A DNA stretch of 63,467 bases, the filler included, from Octopus bimaculoides (taxonomy: Eukaryota): NCBI RefSeq assembly GCF_001194135.2. It is 4 parts of 3 records of this genome, joined end to end, with 100 filler letters (N's around TTAATTAATTAA, not from the genome) between each part and the next. Parts side by side here need not be neighbours in the genome. Positions count along the whole stretch, not along the records: positions 9,029 to 17,535 come from NC_068990.1; positions 17,636 to 46,604 come from NC_068982.1; 2 more parts are not named here. One strand, 5' to 3'. Shown in pieces: positions 10,697 to 24,775 of the stretch. The notes beneath the pieces are model-generated. The model saw only the letters and a program-made list of their open reading frames with translations, did not search any database and was not told where the DNA came from. The translations under genes were made by a program, and so were the position numbers. The first letter of the stretch is position 1. Every line of letters starts with the position of its first letter.

Positions 10697-11510
10697 TTAC
10701 GTTCTGAGTTCGAATTCCGCCGGGGTCGACTTTGTCTACGAAGCCTTTCAGGGTCGATATTACAAGGTACCGGTTGAGTTCTGAGGTCGATGTAAATCAA
10801 CTTAGGCCCCTTCTCTAAAACATTTCAGACCTTGCACGTAGTAGAAAGGATTTTTATAATCATTGTTATTTTACGTTGTGTGCAAACGCCGCCCAGGTCG
10901 ACTTTACCTTTCATTCTTTCGACGTCTATAAATTAAGTGAAACACTGGGGTCAATATAATCGACTAGTCCCCCTCCCCACAAATTTCAGGCCTTGTGCTT
11001 GTAGTAGAAAGGGCCATTATTACTATTATTATTGTTGTTATTATTGTTGTGTTGCTATGCTATGATTGAATGCCAGAAAGGTCAGAATCGGTAGAGCGCC
11101 GGACGTTTTGCGTTATTTAGTTACGTCCCTTTATATTCAAAGTTCCATTCCTACAGTGACCGACTTTACCGTTTACCTTTCCGGGGATGGGGAGGGAGTG
11201 GGTGTTCAATAAATTGAGAACCATTCAAGTACTGAGATCGATTTCATCGGCTATTCTCCTCCTCCCCCCACCAACCCCAAAAGAAATGTCTAGTTCTTTG
11301 TCAGAACAGGTGGAACGGTGGGGGGGGGGGATGTTCTACTGTGTTTAATAACGACTATTTGACGTTCAGTTCAACTCCTACTGGAACTGACTTTATCTTC
11401 CGACGTTCCTGGATCGATAAAAATAAATACCAGCAATATACTGGGGTTTCATTTAATTCACTCCTGCCTTCCACAAAATGTGTGGCTTTATGTCTAGGAT
11501 AGACATCATT
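10697..11510 (+). mobile_element. Cluster of ~4 head-to-tail degenerate SINE copies (family B)
   Basis: Repeated TTCTGAGTTC.AATTCCGCC..GGTCGACTTT.CCTTTCATCCTTTCG...GATAAA.TAAGTACC blocks with (ATT)n-like tails. Confidence 0.7.
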
Positions 11511-13315
11511 ATTAATTTTGTTTGGCCAGTGCAGCCTTGATCGAGTAGACGTATAATCATAGATAGTCCACCCGTGACCATCTCATCCCTCACCCCCATC
11601 CTATTTTCAGGTTGTGTATCTAGGACGACGTTATCCAGTATATCCTTCCCACCTTCACTTTAAGATGGTATGATGCGATTTGGGGGCAGGTTTGACTTCT
11701 ATTTCTAGCACTTCGAGTGACTACGCTCACGCTCCCTCCGTCAGTCTGCTGCTGCTGGTGTTGTTGTAGGCGTGAGTCGACAGAGTGCTGCGATGCAGCT
11801 GAACCAAGTTCGTGGCCTGGTTTCTTTAGGTTCACATGGCTAAGAACTGTTTTCATGTTTAGTCGATCATGGGAAAGGCATCAACGCCACCACTTCATTG
11901 ACGTCATTAACTCTTTATGGGTGGGGGGGGGACCTATGAATGTCACAACTTCCTATTATGTGAAAGAAATCAGAATTAGCTATTGTTGTTGTAGTTGCAG
12001 TTTAACCCCGGGCTAAGCTCGATAGGGCACACCTATGATTTAAAGACAATCCATCCGCCTTTTTCCTGGGTAAAATAAACAGGACTACATTACTGAATGC
12101 ATTTTTCCTTTACCGAGGCGTTAGGATGTGGTTTGAGTTAGATATGGCTGCTATTTCTGAGAAGTCTATCGACCACATAGAGATCTCACCGGATTGTGTT
12201 TTGTGTCTCGTAACAAAAAGAAAGGAAATTTGAATGAAGTTCACTCATTCAGCTTTTTTTTAGACTAGCATTTCCTACCACCCCACCCCACGTGGAAGAA
12301 AAGGGGCACTGTTTGAGGGTAAACATTAAAAAAATTTAAATTTTGGGGAAAAGAAATCCTTTTAGAATTGTGATTTCCTTACTTGTATGAAACATCAATA
12401 CAAGGGGGGAAAACCCCCCCAAAACCCTTCCCGGTCAATCTTCATTGGGTTAAAGATAGATATGTGAAAACTATTATTTCGGTTCTGTTTTTTACTCTCA
12501 GTATCTTCCTTCGTGTTTCGTGTTGTGACTGCTTTTACTTTGCAGTCACAGAATAGAAAGAAAGAAAGAAAGAAAGAAAAAGAGAAAGAAAGATGGATAG
12601 ATAGAAGGCGATCTAGTTGTGACTATCATGTCGTTTTGTATATTTAGGACTACATTGTCCAAAGTGTACTTCCTTTCTTTTAACACGTGGATATCATTTA
12701 AGGGAGATTTGGGTGCTGTTTCTAGCAAGGCGAGCTTTTAGGTACCCTCGTGTTCTATTGGTGCATCTGGTGTTGTTAATTGTGCGCGCGCGCGTGTGTG
12801 TGAGGAGGTTCTATTGGGGAAGGCAAAAATTGAAATCCAAAAGTACGAGATTTTTTCCACACGCACACTACCCCTATATNNNNNNNNNNNNNNNNNNNNN
12901 NNNNNNNNNNNNNNNNNNNNNNNNNNNNNNNNNNNNNNNNNNNNNNNNNNNNNNNNNNNNNNNNNNNNNNNNNNNNNNNNNNNNNNNNNNNNNNNNNNNN
13001 NNNNNNNNNNNNNNNNNNNNNNNNNNNNNNNNNNNNNNNNNNNNNNNNNNNNNNNNNNNNNNNNNNNNNNNNNNNNNNNNNNNNNNNNNNNNNNNNNNNN
13101 NNNNNNNNNNNNNNNNNNNNNNNNNNNNNNNNNNNNNNNNNNNNNNNNNNNNNNNNNNNNNNNNNNNNNNNNNNNNNNNNNNNNNNNNNNNNNNNNNNNN
13201 NNNNNNNNNNNNNNNNNNNNNNNNNNNNNNNNNNNNNNNNNNNNNNNNNNNNNNNNNNNNNNNNNNNNNNNNNNNNNNNNNNNNNNNNNNNNNNNNNNNN
13301 NNNNNNNNNNNNNNN

Positions 13316-13358
<43 letters not shown>

Positions 13359-14210
13359 CAATAAAGAGACTAACGCGTCACTCTATCACAAGATTGGATG
13401 GTTGGGAGCGGATAAGCAGGTAAATTAATCACTAGCGAGTTCGAACAGTGTGTTCGATTGCAGCAGAAATCAATTGATATATCACAAATGATTAGCATTG
13501 AGAAAGTTTAAAAGCTGTGTCAGCTCTTCTATAGACGCTGTCGTGTTTTGGTCTACAAATATTGAAACCTCATCTTTCTACGTTCATTCCCAACCAGTGT
13601 CATTCATTTTATTTTATTTTGTCTTAACAACATTTGGATCAAACAAATGCCAGTCACCTTATGTAAGACCCAGCTGCGTTTCTCTTCCATATACAGAACA
13701 CTTCCCCCTTTCCTGAGCCCTGAGGTATTTTCCCTTCGATCTCATTGCTGATAACTGAGTGTCACTACATCCCCTCTATTTCGGTGTGTGTGTGGGTGGG
13801 TGTGTATAGGCAGACAGACAGACAAACAGACAGATAGATAGATAGATAGATAGATAGACAACAACGCACGCACACACACATACACATATAGATACTTATG
13901 TACTTAATCTTGTAAAGTAGAATATTTTACTGAGGTGGTCTGATAAGACAGAAACATGTCCATTACATCTACCAGTTGGTTTTAAAGCCTAAATTGTCAA
14001 CATTCACTAAACATCTCATCAAATGATTTTATTAGAGTTATCTCCCCTGCTCATTGTTTTTTAGATCTAAAATGGAGGGGTGTGCGATGAATTCTGTTGT
14101 TTGGCCCAAGTATTTTTCAGTCGACCGCATCACATATGCCACACTATCACACATTGATAATGTTGTTATTTAGCCCCAGGGCGACAAAAACTTATAATCG
14201 AAGCCGTTCC

Positions 14211-14348
14211 AGTTGCTTCTCAGCCACATGGTTCCGGGTTCAGTCTCACTGCCAGGAACCTTGGGCAAGTGTCTTCTACTACAGCCTCGGGTAGACCAAA
14301 GCCTTGTGAGTGGCTTTCGGAGACGAAAACTGAAAGAAGCCCGTCGTA

Positions 14349-14387
<39 letters not shown>

Positions 14388-14630
14388 TTATGGATATGTA
14401 TGTATATGTATGCATATATGTATATGTCTTTGTGTCTGTCTGTCCCCCACTACAATTTGACAACTGATGTTGGTATGTTTAAGTCCCCGTGACTTAGCGG
14501 TTCGGCGAAAGTAACCGATAGAAAAGTAGTAGGCTTAAAAAAGTATTGGGAGTCGATTCCTTCGACTAGAAATTCTTCAATGCAGTGCCCCAGCATGGCC
14601 ATAATCTAATGACTGAAACACGATGAAAGA
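14211..14630 (+). mobile_element. tRNA-derived octopus-type SINE (family A), 5'-eroded
   Basis: CCACATGGTTCCGGGTTCAGTC..ACCTTGGGCAAGTGTCTTCTACTA..CCAAAGCCTTGTGAGTGG..(TG)n..CAGCATGGCC..ATGACTGAAAC. Confidence 0.85.
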
Positions 14631-15060
14631 TTCTTCTTCTTCTTCTTTTTCTTCCAGTGGTATATCTAGGACTACATTATCCAATGTGTCCTATATTTTT
14701 AAAGGCAGCAGTATGTGATTTGAATGAAATTTAGCTGCTATTTTTAGCAAACCAAGTGACCACGTACAGGGACAGCCTGCCAGCCTCGCAAGCAATAAAC
14801 AGCGCAGACCAGAGTTGCTGGGATTCTTGTCTTACTTTTAAAAGTTGGTTTTTGTTATTTGCCATAAAACAAAAGCTTTTGTAGGATTTAGTAATTAATT
14901 TTGAAGAAAAGGTGAAGAGTGAAGCTGAAGATGTCTTGGAGGTTGTTTTCAGGTGGAAGAGATTCTATGTTCTGTAAAAACAGAAGAGGATTAGAATTAA
15001 TTAAAAAAAAAATCTCCAGTTCCTGATTCAAAGTGTGCAAACATGGAAATATGATAAAGC

Positions 15061-15151
15061 CACGTGTGGGTGAGATGCCGAGGCACGTGCCACCGACCAA
15101 CGCCGTCTGGTGACCTGTCTCTGAAGACGTGTGCCATGTTGCTGTCACGTG
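15061..15151. promoter_or_regulatory. Cluster of three CACGTG E-boxes
   Basis: CACGTG at 15061, 15084 and 15146, GACGTG at 15126, CATAAAAAG at ~15175. Confidence 0.35.
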
Positions 15152-15367
15152 CGACACCGATACAAGAGACGAGCATAAAAAGAACTACTTTTGCTGCTTA
15201 GGCTCGGGTACAAAAAGGGTGCAAGAGGTGTAGTTAAGCGGACCCCTTAAAATGTTGTGGGTGGGTAGCAATGATAATGTTTGGAACATTCCCCTGGACG
15301 AAGGACTCACTTGGAACACATTACTTTTCCATTATTACATTTATCTGATCTCATTTATGTACAAATA

Positions 15368-15449
<82 letters not shown>

Positions 15450-15450
15450 G

Positions 15451-15546
15451 TATAGCTGTGTGGTAAGTAGCTTGCGTCGTGGCAACTTGGGCAAGTGTCT
15501 TCTACCATAGCCTCGGGTGGATTTGGTGGACGGAAANNNNNNNNNN

Positions 15547-15605
<59 letters not shown>

Positions 15606-15803
15606 GTGTGTGTGTGTATGTATATTTTGGTGTGTCTGTCTGTCCCTCCACCATCGCTTGACAACCGACGTTGGTGTGCTTACGTCCCCCGTAACTTAGC
15701 GGTTCGGCAAAACACCGATAGGATAAGTCCTGGCGTCGATTTGTTCGACTAGAGGCGGTGCTCCAGCATGGCCGCAGTCAAATGACTGAAACAAATAAAA
15801 GAG
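15451..15803 (+). mobile_element. SINE family A copy
   Basis: Head TAGCTGTGTGGTAAGTAGCTTGC, GGGCAAGTGTCTT box, tail GCGGTGCTCCAGCATGGCCGCAGTCAAATGACTGAAAC. Confidence 0.85.
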
Positions 15804-16867
15804 TATAGCTGTGTTTGTGTTGGCATTAAAGATTGAAAAAATTGTCCTTGTTTGTGACAAATTTTGGATCTCGGCTTGCATCCCTTAAGCAAATTTCGTT
15901 CTCTCATTCATGTTTGACACCAGCTTTTCACAAAGACCAAACAGCGATTTTTTTAACCTTTTTATTTTCTAATCTTTCATTCTATTTAACGACTGCATCA
16001 CTTTGTTTTGGTTTGGTAGACATAGTCAATAAGTGTTGTGAACATACGTTAAAAATTGAATAGAAAAAAAAAAGAGTCTTTCCTTCAGGTGACAGGAAGT
16101 TTCGTAAAATGACATTGTTATATAAAAGAGAAAGTTTTAAGGAGAGGAAGGACCTAAGATCTTTAATGGGACTTCCAAGACAGGTCATTCTTAGATCAGA
16201 GACGTGGTTGGAATGTTTACAAGAGAATGGCAACTGGTAAAGCCACCCAAAGGTCACTTGGTGTTGTCCAGTTCAGTGGACCGCTCAACTCACAGGCGTT
16301 TTCCTTCCGATGCCCTTCAGTATATAAGTTTGGCCTCCCCAAGCAGTATTCGATCCGTTGTCATTTGTAGAGTTGCTACAAGTCACACAGAACATTCAAT
16401 CACGTGATTGTCGAGTGAAATTCTCAACCACCCACCCCACCTCCGTCACCGCACCCATTATATTATAATACTAATTAGTAACATCATTAATTGCTTTATT
16501 TATTTATTTATTTCCGTTTTCTGTTCTCTCAGAATTTCTGAATTCTTTGTTGTTGTTGTAGTTGTTGTTGTTGCAAGTGACGACGTGATCAGTTTACGAA
16601 GTTGGTCATGATGATGATGATGATGTTGATTCCAACGCTATCATTTCTGTAATGTTTCTATGACAGCAAGAAAAAGTGTCAAATAAATGGAAAATAATAG
16701 CTTTAAACTTTTAGGTTCATCCCAGAACCTTGCATCAGTATGTGTGTGTGTGTGTGTGTGTGTGTGCTCGTGTGTGTACGTAATGCATACATACATATAT
16801 ATATATACCCACACATTGACACATTATCAGTCCATCCATTCATCTATCTTTATAGTATGTGTATTAC

Positions 16868-17020
<153 letters not shown>

Positions 17021-17157
17021 TAAACTCGTACATAAATGTGCATATCAATTGGTATTGGTGCATAAATTCTTACTGCAAACTCTAACGCCGTTCAGAAATT
17101 GTGTGTCAGTATGTGAAATAATGTATAAGCGTGTCTGTGTACGTGTGTTTGATGTGT

Positions 17158-17200
<43 letters not shown>

Positions 17201-17342
17201 CGCGCGTGAGTGTGGTGTAATGTATATGCGTGTGTACGTTTGTATGTTTTTGTAACATATGTGTCAATGGAAACAAGCTTGAGTGCATATGTACTGATAG
17301 TGTGAGAGTTAAACAAGGATATTGTGTGCGCGTATGTTTGCG

Positions 17343-17382
<40 letters not shown>

Positions 17383-17535
17383 TTAACAAAGTCAGACAAG
17401 GCGGAGAATAGGAGAGGTGGAGGAAGGAGGGGGAAAAGGAGGAAGTAAAAGAGAAAAAAGAGAAGGAAGAGAGAGAGAGACAGAAAGAGGGGGGGAAATA
17501 TATATAAACAAATAAACGAATCTAGCTTAGAGTCA

Positions 17536-17635
17536 NNNNNNNNNNNNNNNNNNNNNNNNNNNNNNNNNNNNNNNNNNNNTTAATTAATTAANNNNNNNNN
17601 NNNNNNNNNNNNNNNNNNNNNNNNNNNNNNNNNNN
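17536..17635. other. Artificial assembly spacer N44-TTAATTAATTAA-N44
   Basis: 12-mer at 17580-17591 between two 44-N runs. Confidence 0.95.
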
Positions 17636-20600
17636 TTTTTTTTTTTGGTCAAATTTTAGTTGATTGGTGCTATAGATAATTGTGTGACCCTTAGTATTTT
17701 AAATTTTAAGCTTCTGGAGAAAACTTATATTGAAAAATTGCTTTATGAATAATTGGATTAAGTTATAAATGCTGATTTTATAAAATTCCTATAAATTTTA
17801 TGTCCTGTCATAGTTTAAGATATCTTGTGGGTCTCAACAGTTGTTTTTAGTGAAATTTAGAATTGGTTATAATTTTGTTAGCTTTAACATTTCATTTAAT
17901 AGAGCAGCTTTATTGGTTGGTTTATTCATACACTAAATCCCATTTGTTTTACCTTGAAAATGCCTTAGTATAAAAAATAAATGTCCAGTCTCATTTAATT
18001 TGAAACTATTATTTCATCATTAATATAAAAGGCATATAGTAGTTGATTTATTTTTATTGTTGCAAAAGGGAAATGGATGTGAAAAATTTTTTTTAAATGT
18101 CCACAAAAATTCTAATCAGTGCTTTGTCTCCTCAAAGTATTACTGTTGGTTATGTAATTTTATTTCTTAGGGAAATGCTATTTTGAAATTATGTTCTGAA
18201 ATTTTTTTCTTGTCACAAAAATAAAAACTGATTTTTGTTGTGAAAAATATGTAAAATCTTCATATTTTTATATTAATTACACAAAAAGTTGTCTTTTGCT
18301 TTATTTTTCTTCAACTTGAATTAAAGGTAAAAAGCAAACTTAGTTGTCATGTTTACTCAAAGCCTGTCTACTCTGTAACACATTGTTGATTGATTAGGAT
18401 GTGTGTGTTTTATAATTTGTGGCACAAAATTTTAAATATAATTCTGGAAGAGTTATAATAATTACAACTGGTATAGTCATATTACAAAAGATAGTTGGGA
18501 ACTCTTTTTAAGTGATGTTGACTTTGGAAAAACTGTTGTGGAATCTTGCTAAAATAAATATATATGCATAGTTGTTCACACTTCAAAATTATGAGAATAA
18601 AGAAATTAGCTGTGCTTGTAGAAATCATTAGTCTTAAACTACCATAGTTTGGCAGGTTGAAGAACTTGTATCAATTCCTCATAGATTTTATAAGATACTC
18701 TTTTCTTTTCTGCATATCTTCAATGGCAGCATATAACATTGATTCTAGTATGAATCATCTGGATCGTTACATTCCTCTGATTCTATCCTCTGGATCTGAA
18801 GTAGCTGGTTAGGCTGTTATTGAAGACTGCTATTTATAAATGCATGATCGGATGTGGTCGTCTTGCCGGCATGAGCCATTATTTCAAATGTAAAATTTTG
18901 AATAAATAAAACAAAGAAGAAATAATTTTAGTTATTGTTTCTTATTTTATGATTTTCAATGGCTCTTTAACTTCTTCCAAGTAGAAGATTACATTCTTTT
19001 CATGTTTGAATTAACTATTAAAAAAAGCCTCTCAATTTGCTCTCTATAGAAAATATACATATTGTCTATCCAGTTTGTCCCTGCATAAATCACAATAACT
19101 AAATTTCTAGTGCTGCTGCTGGGAATTTTATTATTCATAACATAAATTAGTTTTCATTTTCTCATAGATCTACATATTTGTATTTACCCTTTTCATGAAT
19201 CCCTCTCCTCTTTCCCTATTTCATGATTATCTTCATCTACATAATGAACCTTATTCTGCTGTCACTTTTTAATTCTCTGTCCATACATTGTTCATATTTT
19301 GGACTTGGACCTTTATAAATTTAAAAGTTTGGCTCCATTTAATAGCAATGATGTTTGGATCAGAAACTTAGTTGTTGAATATTTAGCAGAATGCCTCTTG
19401 TCCTTCAATGTGGTAAATGCTATTAGTTGGAAGAAATGAGATTTTGATTTTTGTCTTTAAACTAAAATTCTATAATCATCCTTTGCTTCAAGGATATACA
19501 CTGCTTTATTAACACCTTTCAGTGAATTTTAGGATAGAATTTTTTGGAGTTGTTCATTCCTAAATAGTTCATGCTGGAATTGAGATCATTTATGATTCCA
19601 AGCAACACTTTGTGAAGAAGACTTGATTTGACTAAGATTATTTTTTTTTGTTCTTTTTTTTCCACTTGGGTTCTATATTCAATGTAAGTAATAGTTTATG
19701 TATAAAACCTGTTAGAAATAAGTGTTATTATTCAATACTTGAAAGTTAGAACAATCATGATTTAAAAAAAACAAAAAAACTCACTATTACAATCTCTAAA
19801 CTATATCAAATATTAATGCCTTAAAACTTTGAATTCAATATTTCATTGTATAAAGCTTTGATTCATTGATTTCAACGCAATAATAAATTTCCACTTTCTC
19901 AGTCTCATTTCATATGATTATCCATTTCTCAGAACTATTATACTTGTTGATTTTCAAGCTCAGCCATCCACCAAAACTCATTTTCCATTTATGCATGCTT
20001 TTATTTTTGGCAGCTTAACATGAATAATTCAAATAAGATCATCGAAATATATAAAATTCTTATCTCTGAAAAAAAAAAAAAAGAAAGATAAATGGTATTG
20101 AAATCCTTTTCTAATTAAGTATTGTTCCTAAAAATTTTCTTAATTATCTCAGTTATTTTTACACTTTGTTTCCTTCAAATCTTTTCACAAATATTAAAAC
20201 CATTTTAATGTCAATGAGTAAATATTCTGAAAATATACTTTGCATTGTTGAATTTCTACCTTTCAGCAAATGACAAGTATTTACATTAGATAATCTTTTG
20301 TGAATTGGAGCAGATAAAGTAAATCTACTTCTTTCTGCAAATACAGTTCCATTGTATATTATTTGTATGGCCAAAACACTGTTGATGGTTTCTATTTAGT
20401 CAATGATTTGGATTGTATTTTTATAAAGTTATTTCTTCAAGGATTTATTTTGGGGTTTGAGATTACCTGTCAAAAGAAGTGCTCCTTATTTTGCTATGTC
20501 TTCTGTGTGTGCGTGCATGCCTGCATATGTATATAACTAGTTGGAGATTTCATTTAAAATGGAAAGAACCACAAAGTCAGGTACTTAATACATTAATTAG

Positions 20601-23600
20601 ATGGTATATTAATTTAGTGACTCTTACAGGACTAGTACTGCTACATTCCTGATGAATTCCCCAAAAATGTAACAATTTTGTATGAGTTATAAAAATATAT
20701 ACATATAATATAAGAAGGATTTTTCGACATTAATAGGTGGCCATCAATTATGTTTATACTTCAGTTCTACAAGCAACTTCAAATTGAAAGCTAAAAGGTG
20801 GTGAGATGAGTGGTCAGTATTTAATCTAGTCAACAATTTGCTGCTGAAATTATAACCTGATATATAATGATCTTTTTAAATTGTCTAGATTGTGTATTTA
20901 TTGTTTTCACCCCTTGGTTTTGTTCAAGCATCTGTCATATAAAGTGTTTCTTTGACCTGATTACAAAATTCTAAATATTATTGGACCTTTACAGAGGTTT
21001 CACTTATGAGTCTACATATCAAATATGGCTATTGTTTAATTTCGTACAATGTTTATCTTTCAGATGAACACTGAACAAGTATGGTTTATGTGAAATTAAA
21101 TGTAATAAAATAAACATAACACCATAGATGTTTGAAAGGAATCTTTATATAAAACTAAAATTGATATTCGGCTTACAGAATATTTAGAAGCTAGACATTC
21201 TAAGTGTATAGATTTCCTGTGTTTAGAAGAGCAATGAAAAGGGGTAAATTGATTGGTAGTTGGTTTAAAAATTCACTCCGTATCTCTCTTAATGAAATTT
21301 TATTGCAAGTTTACAACAAATCCATGTTTTAACCCTTTTTCATGATTTAATTGAAATACACTGATGGTGCTTCATTTTGAATATAATCAACAATTTGGAG
21401 GACTTTAGTGAAATAATTTTGTCATTTTAACTTGGTGTTTCAAAAACAACAAAAGGTTCTTACATAAAGTTATAATTGGAGGTTTTAATTTATGCATAAA
21501 TACTTAACAAGAGGTGGTTTGGTATTGGGAAGATAAAAGTTGAGTTCCCCCCCCCCTTGTGTAATCCAACTTTTATTGATCTTGTTCTAGCAAGATATTG
21601 TCATGTGGTTCTAATCTTGTCAGATCTAGTGGTTTTTATTGTATTTTAGCTAATCCAAAAGGAAGTATTAATGTGTATTTTTATTACAAAATTATTTTTC
21701 ATAAAAATTTGCTTCATATTTTGTAAATTAACAGATGTGATGCTTCTTTAAAGGTTTCATATTACAGAGATATATAAATATTCAATATCATTATTAATAT
21801 TTAACAAATTTTTCATACTGTTACCTTAATCTTTTCTACTTGATTGATATTTCATCTGGTTAAGTATCCATAAGTATGAGTTGCAATGTGACAAGAGCTA
21901 GTGAGTCTAACAAAACCCATACCTCCCAACATACTCATGATTTAAACGCAGCAATTATTGAAATGTTTATGTAGTTCTTTCACTGCTTAAAGTAGTGAGC
22001 TGTATCAACCTATTTAGTGGTGAGAATACGATATTTTTGCTATGACCACAGTGACAGGACATAAACTACTTGGTCAAATGCAACTCCTGAACCCAACAAA
22101 TTTACACTCATACTCGTTTTTACTTAAATTTTATCCCTTTTTAAGGACAGATATATTTCTCCATGTATTCTTTGGTATTTACACATCGAATTTATTCAGT
22201 TAATTTCATAAAATATTCAGAATTATGAAGAGGCATATAAACACATGTAAAATAATCAAGGTCATCCTACTAAATATTACTTAGGATACCTTGATTTCTA
22301 ACTTCCATTTTTAATTTTAGAGTTTGCAATATCTGAAATTTCAAATACTTATTAAATAGATCAACATGTCACATATTACCTTATTTTTAACATGAAAGTG
22401 TGCAATACATCATTGTTTGAATATTCCTAACCAGTGATATTGATCCATGGCAGGTTAAACCTGTTGACTTTAGTAGGGATATTCATCTTCCAGGGGAGAA
22501 AGGATTCCTACTGCCTTTGCCAGTCCCATGAGGAAATTTGAGATCATTGCAAGCTAACAAAACACTAGCCAATTATAAAGTACCCTTGTTGCTAACAATA
22601 GTGAACTATTCTCACCACCCACTATGAAAGGACAACTGAATTGGCCCAGAGTCTACTGACCTTTTCAGATGCACAGCACTAGTGACTAAACAAAAGATGT
22701 TGATCTTTCTATTGGTAAGCCAGCATCATGCCAACTCCTCTATCTATGACTCTTATTACTATATTAACTTTGAATAAATTATTTATTTGCATACAAGACA
22801 TTAATTTGTCTGAAATTTATATAAATTTCTGACTTGGCATTGTTTCTGCTGTGATTTAGTCACATTCTACAAAGCTGTGGTTTGTTCTTTCTCATCAAAC
22901 ATTTAAATAATTTGAATGTTTTATTTCAATAACTCAATATATTTGAATTGACTGCCATATAATTTACTGAAAGTGTTTGTAAATTTGAATTTTTCAACGA
23001 ATTCTGTCAAGATTAAGTAGTAACCTTGTAGTGAAAAGTGAACAAAATAAAACTCTCTTGAAAGTGGTTTTATTAACTTGATAATTTCTTGACAAGAGAG
23101 CACCAGTAATTTAAGCAAGTACTATCGAATTGTCTTGCCCAAAGTATATGACTTCCACTAACTCATGACCCAACCAAGTTAAGTATTGTTCATTTGACAA
23201 ATGCATTTCCCCAAACTTAACTGATATTCATAAGAATTGTTTTTGATACTTAAAACTGGGTGGATATTAAAACAATTTTTTTAATATAATGAAATAAACT
23301 CCACAAACAAAACAGCATGACAAATTTAAACTTAGCAATGCAATTAAGAGGCAATTGACTCTTAGCAAACTCTGAGTAGCCACACATTCATTTTGTTCAA
23401 GTCAGCATTCTATACAAATATTGACATTTTACCTATTTTTGTTGACTATCATTTTTGAATTTTGAAAATATTGCCAAATCTGGCTATTTAAAGGTACTTT
23501 TAAATGGATGAAATAAATGGAAAAATTGTGATAGTAACTTGTAAGCTGAGGCAAGGAATTTATTTGATATCAATATATTTCAATAATTAATTAATGTAAA

Positions 23601-24692
23601 AGTATTTTCAGAGTAAAGTGGATAAATTTTTGGAATTGCAAGCATAAGTTTGTACACTTAAGATGTCTTGTAATATTTGCACCAATTGTATACTGGTATT
23701 TTGTATGATGGGGCTTAAGCAGAAATTAATTACAGCAATTTATATGCCTTGTTATAAATTTAATAAAATTATTGAGTCATGGAAATGGTTTGTTTTTCTT
23801 TGAAGTTCATATAAGTGTGGTTTAGTTTATACTTGATTAATATTTTAATTTATAGAATTAATTCAAATTGATCATTTAATGCTCTTGTTCCATGCCAACA
23901 CAGGTAAAATTGTTTGACAGGATCTGATGGGTCCATCATCTGCATGATGCTCCAGTGTTGGCTTTGGCATGGTTTCACCACTTGCATGAGAGGCATGCTT
24001 TTTGACTTGGATTAAAGAATGTTCCCCAATAGGATGCAACACTGTCTCAAATGTCTATCTCAAACAATCTAGAATCTTTTTGCTATGCTGTTAAAATGCT
24101 GTGAACCAATCCAATCAGCTGCAATTTTGGTCTAAGTATTGTGACCTTGCAAGTGTTTGAAGAATCCAGCCCAAGTGATGCACTCTAGTATGGAAATAGT
24201 TTACATAGATGAAATCTATAATGCAGCTCTCATTGGCCATTAAATGGCCAAGAACTTGAAAAATATGCCTTCCTTCAAATTAACTGCATCAAAGTTAATT
24301 TATCAACAGAAATTTTGAGTCCTACATTTGACCAGAGCCTAGTCTCTTACTATTTTCGACAGGCTTTGGTAACAAGAAGCTAGAATTTACTTGCTTTGTG
24401 GTATTGAGAAGACATTCTTGATTAATTTATTGCTTGCCCAAGTCTATCAACATAGCTTGCAGTTGTTTCAAGTAGCACTGCCATACTTCTTTGTGAGAGA
24501 CATACAGTAACATTCAGTTTTCAAGCTCTTGTGCCTGCTTACAACATTGCCAAGAATTCAGTAAGTAGGCAGATCAAGAGATGTTGGGGATGAATGCACA
24601 ATGAGAAAGCTCTGGATTTGTGTGACCTTAGGGGTGAAATGAGGATTTGTGTAACATTAGGGGTCAAATGATATCCTTAGACCCTGCCAGTG

Positions 24693-24775
24693 ATCCATTA
24701 ACGAGGATCGACCAGAGGGCAAGTCTGATACCAGCAGCTGCGGTAATTTCAGCTCCGGTAGTGTATATTAAAATA
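24693..24775 (+). pseudogene. Degenerate 18S rRNA fragment (helix 18 / 530-loop region)
   Basis: AACGAGGATCGACCAGAGGGCAAGTCTGATACCAGCAGCTGCGGTAATTTCAGCTCCGGTAGTGTATATTAAA matches the conserved eukaryotic 18S stretch AACGAGGATC..TGGAGGGCAAGTCTGGTGCCAGCAGCCGCGGTAATTCCAGCTCCAATAGCGTATATTAAA with scattered substitutions. Confidence 0.85.

Noticed and set aside
11620-12016. ORFs with a Q-run (minus) or Cys-rich stretch (plus)
   Set aside because: No convincing splice sites or homology; they overlap degenerate repeats.
14888-14990. E/K-rich + strand reading (NFEEKVKSEAEDVLEVVF) as a further array exon
   Set aside because: Phase-incompatible with the array, ends in stops without a good donor, and lies beyond an assembly spacer.
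16089-16250. Open frame after TCCTTCAG| (GDRKFRKMTLLYKRESFKERK..)
   Set aside because: No clear donor and no recognisable homology; cannot be supported without transcripts.
24300-24600. Faint resemblance to a LINE RT (FRQAL..VLRRH)
   Set aside because: Too few matching residues across several frameshifts to call.
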